64,000 nt of DNA from Stegostoma tigrinum (lineage: Eukaryota): the NCBI RefSeq assembly GCF_030684315.1, contig NC_081359.1, forward strand, positions 71,734,604 to 71,798,603, given 5' to 3'. Numbering within the stretch: the stretch's first letter is position 1; each line of letters begins with the position of its first letter. The position numbers were made by a program, and so were the translations under genes. Shown here piece after piece: positions 1-13,080 of the stretch. The notes under the pieces are model-generated. The model had not been told where the DNA came from and ran no database searches. It saw only the letters and a program-made list of their open reading frames with translations.

Positions 1-1509
1 CCATTACTTGAAATATTTGACAAGGTCTCCATTTGCACAGAAATCAAAGCAGCAAAAAGGGTGAAAATGAGATTCCTCACAACCGAGTAGGAACTCTGCT
101 AATCATGCAGAATTTTCCAAGGTCAGATTCGTTTTAATATTGCAGGCAAGCTCCTGGAAGCAGTGCCACCTCCAAGTGAAAGTTGCCTGAACAGCAGCAA
201 TTGAAAAGGGACCGCAGCATCAAAAAAGAAATGCATTGGTAGGACAACTACCAATCACTTATCTTAATAGTGCCTTCAGGTCTACCAGGATGGCTGAAGG
301 TCCTCTGATTCACTGGTGAAGTAATGGTCAAGGTTTACAACAAAGTAAGGCAATACAGAAGCACACTGTTTGGGTCATACATGATAAACACTGAAGAATA
401 GCCGCAAAGTGTACGAACTGCACACATGCAGCACCTTGCTGACACAAACAATTTAAAGCTCTTCAGAAAGTATTATAAAAAGAGGCTGTTGCAAAATTCT
501 GGATCGTACTGTACAAAACATGGCCGTCACTAACAATAACCTCCCAAACCTTGCGCTAAATGGAGTCAATTATTTACAATCAATGTCCAAGTTGCAACAC
601 TATCCCTTTTAAACTAAAATTAGACACCAAAGCGATCACGGCAGTAAAAGCTAAACAACTTTAAGTTGTGCTGCAGAACACATCCACCAGTTAAATCAGG
701 GTCTCTCATGATACTCAGCCAAATATTTCCATTCTTTCTCAAGCAGGAAAACAGTCCATAACAGCAGCTCAGGAAGTGCCACATCTGGTGCCCTCCTCAA
801 TCTCTCAGCCATAACAAGAAACCCTTTTCAAACTGATGGAAGTGAGAGTACACAGAAGGCAATAATTCCCACGGAAGTCAGTCAAGTATATGATGCGATG
901 TTGTTGGTTGCAAGTGAACTGTATATTGCAGGAATTTAATCCATCCCTGATGCTGTGGCTGACAATATTGCTTAGAGTACATATAGACTGATGAATGCAA
1001 TTTGAGCCAACAGTGAAGTTCATCAACAAGTCAGGCTGCAACATAATTTATTGATACTTCCCTCAGGGAGCACAGATTTGACAAATGCTGTTCCCACCCA
1101 GCTAGAGATAAGAATGCACTAGTACATATATCTTACTATCATGTTATCAGCAGATAGATGCCAAATACTTCTCATTTGTTTGACCAGACCTTTCCTTTAT
1201 TGTCCTTCTTCAAGTACTGTAGATAGAAAATCCATTATGGCTGCTCACTAATTAGAGGAGAACAAAAACAGGAGAGACCATGGCAGAATTAAGGTATGAA
1301 GATTACATAGAACTGAAAGAAGGCTGAGGAACGCACTTTGTAAATGAGAATTTTGCCAGGCTTTTTAAAAGAAACAGCATGTTGGATATGGCTTTTAAGT
1401 TCACATCTGCATTCAATTTAGCGCATAGTAATACGAGATGGTTGTTTTAATATCTGACATTAATCACTTATTTTCTGTCTTATTTATGACATTTAACTAT
1501 AACACTAAG

Positions 1510-1622
1510 ATCTTTTGTGGTGCGGTGGTAATATCCCTACCTCTGAGCCAGAAGGCTCACGTTCAAGTCTCACCTGCTCCAGAGGTGCGTAATAACATCT
1601 CTGAACAGGCTGATTAGAAAAC
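1510..1622 (+). mobile_element. Short tRNA-derived SINE
   Basis: A box TGGTGCGGTGGT, B box GTTCAAGTC, shared body cacctgctcca...tgaacagg. Confidence 0.7.
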
Positions 1623-1667
1623 ACGTTAAAGTGTTTTTTTCAAAAGCAAGATTTTAATTATACCACT

Positions 1668-1775
1668 AGGGCTCCTGTGGTGCAGTGGTAGTGTATACAC
1701 CTCTGAGCTAGGGGAGCTGGTTTCAAGTCCCACCTGCTCCAATATCTTTGAACAGGTTAATTACAAATATTAAAA
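1668..1775 (+). mobile_element. Short tRNA-derived SINE (second copy)
   Basis: Homologous to 1510-1622, A box TGGTGCAGTGGT, A-rich tail. Confidence 0.7.
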
Positions 1776-1799
1776 AAAACAAAAACATTGGAAACCAAA

Positions 1800-1978
1800 C
1801 TCAGGACCTCTCAGATGTTAATTCTGATCTCTCTCTTTCTCTGCACCTCCTTTGTGGCTGTAACACTGTATTGTGCACTATGTTCTATAACCCTGATGCG
1901 CTGTAATCTGCCTGTAAAACACGCAAAACAACACTTCTCACTATATCTCAGTACTTGTGACAACATTAAATCAAAGCA
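1800..1978 (+). mobile_element. Non-LTR retrotransposon 3' UTR fragment
   Basis: Tail caacacttctcactatatctcagtacttgtgacaacattaaatcaaa; a related tail occurs reversed at ~20980-21060. Confidence 0.45.
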
Positions 1979-2609
1979 GATTTTGGCACTTCAATACTGT
2001 ATGATCTCAAGTAGCAGTATTTGCTTCAAGGAAAAGATAAAAATACAGCAAAGATTGCAAATATAATGAATAAACTATAATTTGGGCCACTGAATCCAGC
2101 TCTTGATTGGTTTTGTGCTGAGTGTGCCCAAATCATCCTAATTCAGCATTAAATTAGTGACTGTAGATTCTTCATTATTTGAGTATGGCCCTGTTGCAAG
2201 TGACCTCATCACCCTCACTGAGTCAACTCATTCCTGAAAAATATGATCTCAGATTAGTATGGATGGCCATAGAATTAGCATTTCAAGTTGCTAGACTTAG
2301 GGAATTCTTTGTAATGTGCCACCTCTGGCCTTCCTCAGAGCATGTAGGATGTTACAAGTGTACCATATATAGTCCTTGAAACACGCTGAAACAAATTTCC
2401 GTACTTGCCACCTATTAGGCTGATTGCTTGCAAACTCTTGCTAAGGAAAGTTGCCTGCAATTCAGAATTTGTGTGATTTTATGCGGTGTCCTTGTATAGT
2501 TTGTGCTGACCATCTTGATGTTGTCTGCTCTGCAACAGTTTTCTACAAAATCTCCTCAGGGATTCTCCAATCATCCATATGGTAGAGATGGCTTTCCCAG
2601 CTAAGTTAC

Positions 2610-2835
2610 CAACATGTGAAAAAGGAAGAAAAGTAGGCTGCTCAGCCCTTCAAGCCTGCTCTACCATTGAATAAAGATCTTGGCTGATCTTAAGCTTGAC
2701 TCTATAATCCTGCATATCCCCAATTATTTTTCATCCCCTTAGTAATCAAAAGCCTATCTACCTCTACCTTAAAATACTGAAAAGTCCAGCATCCACTGCA
2801 TTTTAAAGGAAGTGAATTCCAAAGGCTTGCAGGTG
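2610..2835 (-). mobile_element. CR1 LINE 3' fragment
   Basis: Minus peptide LWNSLPLK...YFKVEVDRLLITKGMK, typical of the CR1 ORF2 C-terminus. Confidence 0.75.
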
Positions 2836-5800
2836 AATTTTCCACAAGGTAGTTGAGTACAGCACAATGAAGGGCCTTATTGTTTATGAGGTTCTTCTGC
2901 CAAATTTTCATGATTGCCCTCAGGTTTCTTTGGTGAAAGTGCCCCAGACCTCTGACGTTATTGAAAATCTACAATCCAGCTTGGGCTGGCAAAGGAGGCA
3001 ATGACTTCTTTTTAGGTCAGAGGACTATATCTATTTCTCCTACCTCCATTGAAACAAAATGTTATACTATCTGACAGGGATCCTCTGTCTTCCCTGACCC
3101 AGCCCTCACTAAAGATGTAATATATATATTTCTGAAGGCTGTTTCTGGCTGGTGAACCAGCATCCTGCATAATCCTGCAGGTTAAAAGGAAAGTGAACAT
3201 GATCTAATTGTCTGGTCATGTGTAAATGGTTAATGATTGGAATGTTAAAATTGATGCTATTCCATTTCTCACTGGAACATTAAGAAATACATTTAGCTTA
3301 GTGGAAAGCCATTTTCCATATAATACTTTGTAACGTACTGATGTTTTGTCGTTATGGAGTAACCTCTGTACTAATGCATATTACAGCAAATGGTATACAC
3401 ACTGGTCACTGTACTGATGACAAAACAATTAAGAGTGTGTAACAATATTCATACAAGTAGGATCAGTCGTGTCAGGCATTACGTTTAATGGAATTCATTC
3501 TTCTTTTCCAGTTACGGAATCTTAAGAGAAGTTAATAGATTAGGATATTATATTCATGACTAATCACATACTAGAACAAGAATAATGATGAAGCAAACAG
3601 CTCAGAAATTCTTGTGCACAAGGAAACAAGTCTTTAAACAGAAGGTAGATCTGTTTTACACAAGGTCACTCAAAAATTCATATTCAAAGCAGCCAAGTGA
3701 AAATAAATTGAACTTGGAAAAAGGAATATTCTGTAACACTTCTTTATCCTCTTGATCCTGAACAGTTAATAACCGGTTGGTTAAGAGAACTTCAAAGATT
3801 GTAAACTTTGTATGTTAGAAAAAAAATACAAGAATATGAGTCAATATCATTGCAAATTGAAGCAGGAACTATTGAAACATTAAGATAGATTACCTGATAT
3901 TATCAGATAGGTTAACTTTACAAAGCTCTTAATTCTTTGAATTCAGGTAAAACTTAATGGAATTTAGCTGCCATTAGATTAAGTCAGAAATATTTCAATG
4001 GTAAGATAACCATTTAGGCTCCCACTAGACAAGAACCAGCAACTTCTTCACTCTCACTCAATCCCGCTGCTAAACATTAAAGAGTTATTAGCACTAAAAT
4101 GTTGATTCCTATAATTTTTATGAAATGTAAGCATTATCTTTGGAAGCTGCTTATTTTCACCAAATTTTATTATGCTTATAACTTAGTCAGACAAATGACA
4201 AACAAACAGTAAATCAATACATTGTTATTCCTATTTGATTCATGTAAACAATTAATATAAATACATGAAGTGAAATTATTTGTTTAATTGTACTGTATTT
4301 TGAAAAAATATGGGTAATTTGTGTTTCTAATGCATCACTAATAAATAGGATAGTTTTTAATCTATATGAATCACAACAAAATAAAGGCCACAGAAATATA
4401 TTTTAACTAGCTATTTGTAGTGATTTGAAATAATTGCGCTGCTTTGGGAGATGATGTGAGGTAGAAGAGAAAACAAAGCTTCTTTTAATAGAGTGCAACA
4501 TATTTTTTAGTATTTCCATTTTAAAATGCATGATCAAAAAGAACTACATATATTTGCCTAGTCCTTCTATTCACCACACAATACCAACTTATAAATTGAT
4601 TTTCATTTTCCAATAGTATCTCGTGGAAAAAATGTTCTATAAATGTGACAATAGCTTTTGCTGGAAATTCTGTTATGGAAATGTGTCATGCAATAGGCCT
4701 CACATTGACGTGTAGAGTCACAGAGGGCAAAAATTGTACAATCCACCACCAGCACAGGGTTTGCAAAGGCACCATGATACTCAATGTTGTCCTGCCCCTC
4801 GCTGAACATGTCTCGCAGTTTAAAAGGTGCAGTGCGCAAGGCCTAGCTTGCAAAGCCAGTCTGCTCTTGCCCAAGTTGAGGCTCTTAAGTAGACAATTAC
4901 TGGTCATTTAGTTTTCCATCCAGACCGAGGGAAGCTGCCTTGCAGGCTATCCAATTTGGACTTCAAGATTGGGAGAAAGACTCGCAAAAGGCCCCCATTC
5001 CAATTTGTGTATTATCCTCTAGGCCTACATCTGCTCCACAAGGGAGCTCAGATCCCACCACCATCCCCCCCTCTCCCCCACACAACTCCCAAATCCTTCA
5101 ATCAAGGCCCACTATTCACAATTCCAGGCTTCACATACCATCCCTGTCATGTGATTCCCCTACCACACACTCACCTAGCCCTGGACGCTGGGATGTAAAA
5201 TTTGGGAATTGATGATTGGTGGCACAGGTGCTGCTGGAATTCTAGGATTACATTCAAATCAGATGGCGTTGGGATTTCCAACCAAGTGAGGGAGAACATC
5301 TCTCATATCCAGCCAAACAACACTCAGCAGAACATTAAATACCAGAGGGATTGCCATGGTGTGTTACCTTCTGACTCTTCAGATAGCAAGGCTGAGAACC
5401 TAAAAGCTGGCCCAGAATGTTTAAGCAATTAAATATCAGGATTTCTTTAGAACTTTTCATCTTTCGCTGTTAAAGCTTGAGAGACGAAAGTCAAAGTGCA
5501 AGAGAAGAAAATTTTCGTAACTATGTTTTGTTGATAGCTCAAGAAGTTCACTGTTAATTGCTGCCCTTATGGAGATGTTTAACATGGAGACTGAAAAAAA
5601 GCATATTTAGAGAACAAAAATGGAAGGGCAGATAACTTTCTCATTCCAGTTTGACACATTTTTAAAAAAAAGCAAAATTGAATTTATGAAAGCATAGAAA
5701 ACCTCAGGGAAACAAATAGGAAAGTAGGCTAAAGAGAGCTAGGGAGCAGCTAAACAGTCTGAAAGTAATAGGGCCATTGATTATCCAGTGGGAGAAGACA

Positions 5801-6659
5801 ACATGAAAGCTAGTTGAATGGATAGAAGGTTATGGTATAGTGACAAAGTAGTAGAGAGGAAAGAAAGCACAGACGGTAATAAAAATAGTGAGGGATGAAG
5901 GAAATAGAAAGCAATTGGAAAAAGTGAAGAAGCAATAGATGGCATGGGAATGAGAGGATGGAGAGAACATTGAATTATGTAATGAGAACAGAGACACATT
6001 GGACTAATATCTACTGGCCCCCAGGTGGTGCGATCAGAGCCAGGGAAACCAATAAGGCATCAGAAAACCACATGAAAAAGTAATCAGCTTTGTGGAGATG
6101 GCCTCGTTGTTAAGCGAGGGAGGCTATGGGAGCCAGAGCCTTCGTATCCAACAGGATTTCAACAGGAAAGACAGGACACAATCCTAATAATCCTCCAAAG
6201 GGTTCTCTCCATCCATTCAGCAAAATTCAGGATGGTTGAGGGCAGATCCATAATTACACTATGCTTCCAAGAGCACCTCCAGGTTCAGACAATCTCTCAA
6301 TGCCTCACCTGCCTAGTGGTACCAACATGGTTTCAGAACTTTGGCTTGTCTCATGGCAGACAGCGAGTGAGTCAATTAGAAGACCGAGAGAAACTCACAG
6401 CTTATGTCTCTTTGTCAGCAATTGTGGGCTTTTGGCCCTCAACTGGTCACAACATTCTGATTTTTACTGTGAGCTTTAGAATGACAGCCTGTTTCCTCCC
6501 CTCCTATGCAGCCTGTAGCCATTGAGGCTTTTTTTACTACCAGATTAAATCATAAATACCCAACACGTCTCTCGCAAAAGGAAGGGAAACAACAGATTTA
6601 GGCAAGGGATGGCAGAGGACGGCAAAGAAATTTAAGGGACTTTGAGGGAAGAGAGAGAC

Positions 6660-7570
6660 AGATACAACTGAAGCCAGAAATGCACCGTATCAGGCAGTAT
6701 CTGTGGTGAGAGTAAATGGGTTAATGCTGTGAGACTGCTACAAATGGTCTTCATAACTGAATGGGGCTGCAGAATAACAATTTTTATGTTGTAGGCAGAG
6801 GAGAAGTGGTGTGAGTGGAACAGATTGTGAAGGTGCGCAAACAAACAGGGAGTTTGATTGGTGGTAAAGGAGAGATGGATGTAAATGACAGGTGTGAAAA
6901 TGAGAAAATGGATCCACTCTGCTGATAGCAAAGTCAATAAGACATGGCCTGAGGTGGGGTGGGGGAAGGATGCAAGAAAAGTGGGGGAACATGGGTCATC
7001 TGATGTTTTGTAAGTCAATAACAGATGTCATAAAAATACCTCACAATGGAAAATGAAGTATTGTTCTTCCAGCTTGCATAGAATCCCTACAGTGTGGAGG
7101 CAGGCCATTCAGCCCATTGAGTCCACAGTCTGAAGGGCATCCCTCCCAGACTGACACCACGACTCGAGCCTTGTAACCCTGCACATCCATTGGCTAATCC
7201 ATCCAGCCTGCACTTCCCTGAACACTATGGGCAATTTAACATGGCCAACCCACGTACCCTGCACATCTTTGGAATGGAAGGGGAAAATCAAAGCAACCAA
7301 AGGAAACTCATGCAGAAAGGGGAGAACATGCCAACTTCACACAGCAGTCACCCAAGGGTGGAATCGAACCCAGGTCCCTGGTGCTGTGAGGCAGCAGTGC
7401 TAACGACTGAACTACTGTGCTGCCCCTTGCATTAAGCTTTTTTAGAACACTAGGAGGTCCAGGCTGGAAATATTAGCATGGGAGCAAAGTGGTTTATTCA
7501 GATGGAAAGCAACTGGAAGATTGGACTCTTTCCTCTGGACAGAATCCAGTACCCACAGCATTTTGCAGAC
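6660..7570 (-). mobile_element. Old Penelope-like relic (GIY-YIG C-terminus + 3' end), interrupted by an HE1 SINE
   Basis: Minus-strand peptide DSVQRKESNLPVAFHLNKPLCSH...CKLEEQYFIF aligns by eye with RSVRNKQLHLPVANHFHSPSHS...RRLQEQQLIF of the intact PLE in this window. Confidence 0.7.
7080..7425 (-). mobile_element. HE1-type V-SINE
   Basis: tRNA-like head, central TGTGAAGTTGGCATGTTCTCCCC V-domain, CR1-like tail ending gtagggattct; TSD CTTGCAT at 7073-7079 and 7426-7432. Confidence 0.88.
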
Positions 7571-8582
7571 AACATAATCAAGTAAGTATGTGACCACTGG
7601 TGGGACAGGACTGGCTGCGAAAGGGATTTAATTTGATAAATGTGAGAAAGAGAATCACAACAGGAGTTCAGTCTGCAACTGCTTTTAGTCCCCACTTCCA
7701 CTGCTTTCCAAATTCAATTAAGGATACAAACAACAAGGGGGACATGTGTAATCAATTCATTATAAAAATTGATAATAACAATTTTGCTGAAGTTAGCATT
7801 TTCTATTGTCAAACCCCAAGACCAGACTTTTACTGAGATGTAGCTTAGGGAGGCGGCATTAAAGAGAGAACTGGACTGAAACTTGATCCACAGCCTGGAA
7901 TAGGCTTCCCTCAGGCCCTACAGAAATTAAATGACACGGCCTGAATAACAGCCATTATCTTCTTCATCGCCTTACTACAACCCTCCAGATTGGAAATTCC
8001 AGTGGTACGCTCTCTGGAATCAAGCCACAATGGGACCTAGAGAAGCTATTGATGAGACTGGACCTCCGAAGATTCAGAGTTAAGATCATAGGTCACGTAT
8101 GGAGGAGCACGCATGTATATGTAAATGCGCGTGTGTGTTAGAGCTTTAAGTGTGGTGTTTCTTGCAAGGCTTGATATGCAAAAGAATCAGGAAATAAACC
8201 ACATGACCCACAGCCATGGGCAGCCTATCACGAAGCACGCTAGCACAATGCTGCATAAATGGTTATCTATAACTGCAAGTTGTAGACTAAGCTGTTAATA
8301 ATCCTGTTTGAGTTTTTCAATAACATGGATCCACTCTAGTCCACTGTTATTATTTATTGATAACAGTGCTGGTATACAGCATAGGTAAATTTGCATCTGT
8401 GGAAAAAAAAAGCCATGATGCAAACTTGAAAAACTCGGAAGCCTCAGATAAGACTGGGCTGTCTGAGTAAGTAATGGAGCTAGTTATAGGTTCAACACTT
8501 ATTAACACAGTCCAAAAAGGTCTCTTGGAGGGCAAGGTCACTACATTGACACATTACTTAAAGATGGTAGAAAATATGGAGC

Positions 8583-8914
8583 CACGATAGGGTGGCTCAG
8601 TGGCTCCATAGTGAGCGAAGCTGCCACACAGCACCAGGGACCCAAGTTCGATTCCCACCTCAGGCATCTGTCTGTGTGGAGTTTGCACATTCTCCCCGTG
8701 TCTGAGTGGGTTTCCTCCAGGTGCTCTGGTTTCCTCCTACAATCCAAAGATGTGCAGGTTAGGTGGATTGGCTATGCCATAGTAGCCAGGGACATACAGG
8801 CTGGGTAGATTAGCCATGGGAAATGCAGGATTACGGGTTGGATGGGTTGCTCTTCAGAGGGTTGGTGTCGACCTGATAGTTCTTAATGGCCTGCATCCAC
8901 ATTGTAGGGATTTC
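8583..8914 (+). mobile_element. HE1-type V-SINE
   Basis: A box GGTGGCTCAGTGG, B box GTTCGATTCC, V-domain tgtggagtttgcacattctccccgtgtctg, tail tgtagggatt. Confidence 0.88.
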
Positions 8915-9040
8915 TTCAGGGAAAATTGTGCACGAAGAGAGTTTGCAGCCTCATTGAATTTACATTTCCAGAAGGCAGGCTGGCAATGAGTTGGTTACTT
9001 AGCCTCTGTCTAGCTTCCAAAACCAGAAGTGGGTGAGTTG

Positions 9041-9138
9041 GAGATAACAAAGATGTAGAGCTGAATGAACACAGCAGGCCAAGCAGCATCAGAGGAGCAG
9101 GAAGGCTGATGTTTTGGGCCCAGACCCTTCTTCAGAAC
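9041..9138 (-). mobile_element. Single-arm PLE pLTR-derived short element, decayed hammerhead
   Basis: Minus strand TTCTGAAGAAGGGTCTGGGCCCAAAACATCAGCCTTCCTGCTCCTCTGATGCTGC... Confidence 0.8.
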
Positions 9139-11249
9139 TGGGTTGAGATCAAAATTCAGATTCTTAACATCATAAACCACTTACAATGCATGTCTACTCT
9201 TGTTGTTGAAAAAAAAGCTAAAATTCCCTTCAAATATTACAAATTAAAAGTGAACCTAATTTTTGTCAGCATTGTGCATTTGTCTCCAAAAGAAATATTA
9301 TTTTGATTCAATTCCTTATAGACTCTGTGATTAGTTTATCTAACTTGGGAAATATGTGGACACTGAGCTCTGAGAGGGACACATTATTTTCTTACAAATA
9401 TTGTGCAATTGTCTAATAATACAAACAAATACATATTTCTGGTCTTGCAGGATGTAAAGAAACAAAAGTGACTTTGACAAATGTGAACCATGGAGATTGG
9501 CTCTATTCCGTAGGGTGAGGTTGAAACAGTTAAGCCAAGCACAAAAAAGTAATATTCAAGTAAACCAAAACACATTTATTTATTCATTATATTTCCAATA
9601 CAAAGTCATAAAACTGAAGCGTCAATATTGGCACTTTTAAAAGGTATAAAAAGGTGCTAATATTTCTACTGTAGTTGTCAACATTGAACAAAATTTTGTA
9701 CGTGTCTTCTTGCATGTATTTCACAGATAACTTGAAAGCATTTTATGGCATCATTTACACTGCCTTCTTCAGATAAATTCTCATCTGCGTTGCAGTCATA
9801 AATCCATCCAGGGCTCAGACTCAGAGGGCACTGAGTAATAGTATGCCTTATTTGCCAGAGTGATTTATAATCAAAGTACACTATCATTGTTTTTGGAGTG
9901 CACACGCAATTTTAAGGAAACAGCCTTTTTAATTTTTTTTAAAATGGACAGCTGTGTACACAAGGTACCTTAAAGGGGTGATGTTGTGCTCAGCCTGTGT
10001 GTGAACTATCTAAGTTGCTGTACAAATATGCGATCACTAGAAATACTATTTATGGCTGATATCATGTGACAGTTGGTAAGGCAACAATCCCTACAAATTA
10101 AATTAAGTAATGTATCTGAAGGAAAAATTTCAGGGCACCATTAAGGTTGTAAAGAATAGTGGAGAAGACAAGGTAAATCACATGTTATTGGTTATGTGAT
10201 AGCAACTAATGAAAATCCTAGAGTTATTCACATGATAATATATATATTCTGGATGTATGCAAGTCCAAGCTTGAAAACGATGCTCATTATGGATAAATGA
10301 TCAGTTAACACTCAGTTTAGACACAAGCATGATAAACATCACTGTAAGGCAACCGTAGAAGTACAACTGTGACATTGAGAGTCAATACCTGCAGGACAGT
10401 GAGGACATATTACTTTCACACAAATACTTTCAAACTATCAGAACTCTGTTGCACTTCTTGAGAAATGTTTAGGGCAATGATTTAAATAGAAATGCTTTAA
10501 AAAGCGTCAATAAAAGCATCTGTCTATAAGTACTTCATTCAATCTTTGCTATTTCACTCCATGCAATATTGCCAGATATGTAAAAGTCTGCAAATAGTAA
10601 TCACAACCAAGTAATCACCCAAAGAGAACATCAAGACTGAATAAAACACTTGTTGTAATTTTAGATTTAAAATAAGTTGTTGTGAAATCCTTAGCCACCT
10701 GAGTTTTAAAATATTAACCATCCCTGCAGCCAGGTTTTAATGGATACCTTCAGTTGACACTCGGAAGTTTATTATTAGTAGTATTAAATTAAATAAAATA
10801 TCTGTGAGTTGATCCAGTTAAACCTTCTGCTGCTATTTGCCAGACAGAGTCAAGCATTTTCTCTGAGCAAAGAATGCTCTCAAAAGTGAACTATCCCGAG
10901 GAGCAATGCAAATGAAACAGAGATGGATAAATTTGGATAAATCACAAGCTCAGGACAATAATGACGGTGGGGGGTGGGGGGGTGTGGGATTGGAAGGAAA
11001 GGGAGGAAAAAAAAGCAATTGCCAAGTGAAACTTGTGACCTAATTCCCGTCAAAAAAAAGTGCCAATTCCCATTGGAAATCATGGACATACCTAGAAAGA
11101 TTAGGTAATGAACCATTGTTTCTGGAATTTAGATGTTGATAGTTCTCATTTTTATAACTTGAGCAAAGATATTTTGAATAAAGTTCTTGCCAAGTCAGTG
11201 TTTCGATAATTTACAGATTGATAAGCAACACTCAGAAAGCCACAAATAA

Positions 11250-12005
11250 TCAAGCAGCAAGAGGAAGACTGGAAATAAATGTGATATGTATCGCTAAAGA
11301 AAACATACAGGGAAACTAATAGGCCAAAGACCTATAAGCCCTCCGGGCCTGATGGGATGAATCCAAGGATATTAAAACAAAGAGCTAAAGAGATAATGGA
11401 TACACTGCTGGTAAATCTTCCAAGGATCCTTAGATTCTAGAAAATTCACAGAAAATCACCAACATAATAAAGAAGGAAGGAAACAATAGTCAGATACCTA
11501 TAGGTCAATTAGTTTAACATCTGTAATGATGAAAATGTTAGAATCTTCTTCTTCTGAAGAATGTAACAGCAGAGCAATTAGAAATGCATAATTTGATCAA
11601 GCAAATTCAGCATGGCTTCACAAAGGGGAAACCATCCCTGACTAATTAGAAATTCTTGAGGAAGTAACAAGCAGGATAGATAAAAGGAAAGTAGTGGATG
11701 CAATATATTTGTATTTTCAGCAGGGATTTGGTAAGGAACCATACATTAGGCTACTTAATAAAATAAGAGGACACAGTGTTGGAGTTCCTATATTAGCACG
11801 GATAGAAGATTGACTAACTAATAGAAGGCAGAGTTGCCTTTTTCAGGGTGGTAACCTGTAAAGTAGGGAGTGCCACAGAGATCAGTGCTGGATCCACAAT
11901 TATTTACAATGTATTATTAATAACTTCAATGAAGAAACTAAATGTATGATAACCAAGTTGGTGGATGACAGAAAAATAAGTAGGAAAGCAAGTGGTGAGG
12001 ATGAG
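11250..12005 (+). mobile_element. Decayed CR1 RT fragment
   Basis: Remnants KPSGPDGMNPRILK, QHGFTKGK, GVPQRSVLDP with frameshifts. Confidence 0.8.
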
Positions 12006-12319
12006 CCAGCATTGGAAAGGTGGAGGAATGCTGAAAAGCACCACTATCTTTGCTGCAAACGTTATCCCTCCCACCACTACTTACCCATGTCTGGACTCTG
12101 ATTGATGGACAGCTCTCAGTAGGCAATGCTTCTGCAAACCGCCCCAGGTCCTTGATTGTGGGAAAGGCCCACTGCTCTCTTCAAGTGCTCTTTTTTAAAA
12201 AAAGGAACAATATTGGTGTCTTTCCTGCTCTGCAACTGGCAGGCAAGATCCTGATAGCCTCTATTAAATCCAGCTCATTATGGTGAAAGAGAAGCATCAA
12301 GAGGAGATATATTTTTTCT

Positions 12320-12840
12320 AAAACATAAAACTACAAAGAATTAATACAAAAACAGGCCATTCGGCTTACGTAGGCAATTCTAGCATTTTTGATTCACTTG
12401 AGACTCCTCCTGTTTCTCCCCATAACATTACTACCATAATCAATCATCAATGCTTTTCTTTTTCATATACTTATTAGCTTCTCCTTAAAATCCATTAATA
12501 TCATTCATCCTAACTCCATAATATAGTAGCAAATTCCTTATTCTTACCTCTCTCCATATTAATTAATTTCATGTAACCTTTAAATTGATTTCTTGATGAT
12601 TATCTTCAGTTAAATCATCTCTAATTTTGTTTCTCCCCACAATTGGAAATGTTATTTCTGTGTAGATGTTATCAAAACTTTTAGCAATTTTGAAGACCCC
12701 TAATAGATTATCTCACTTCACTATCCAACAACAACAAAAAAAGTGATACTCAGCCAGTTCATCCTTTTTGGATAGATATTCCTCACAGCTCTCATATCAT
12801 CTTTGTGGATTTATTTTGCACTCAGTGCAGGACCTCTATG
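12320..12840 (-). mobile_element. Decayed CR1 3' region
   Basis: Reverse-complement CR1 tail (acaggccattcggc) and eroded ORF2 C-terminus. Confidence 0.55.
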
Positions 12841-12890
12841 TAATAATAGTAACTACATTAAGTATAATTACTCGACACACCATCAATAAT

Positions 12891-13080
12891 AGATAACACA
12901 GTATGGAGCTAGAGAAACACAGCAGGCCAGGTAGCATCAGAGGAGCAGGAAAGTTGACGTTTTGGGACAGGACCCTTTCTGAGGAAAGGACTTTCCTGCT
13001 CCTCTGATGCTACCTGGCCTGCTGTGTTCCTCCAGCACCAGACTGTTATCTCTGACTCCATCATCTGCAGTTCTTACTAT
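12891..13080. mobile_element. Palindromic PLE pLTR-derived short element, hammerhead core disrupted
   Basis: acacagcaggccaggtagcatcagaggagcaggaaag followed by its reverse complement; same family as 37575-37785. Confidence 0.82.

Noticed and set aside
9384-9575. ORF containing RNMYLFVLLDN, vaguely like the PH motif RHLFLFND
   Set aside because: Too weak, no convincing acceptor, and the rest does not align.
9678-9905. Minus-strand ORF with exon-like composition (WIYDCNADENLSEEG...)
   Set aside because: No resemblance to ARHGAP20 or any family I recognise, and splice signals are weak.
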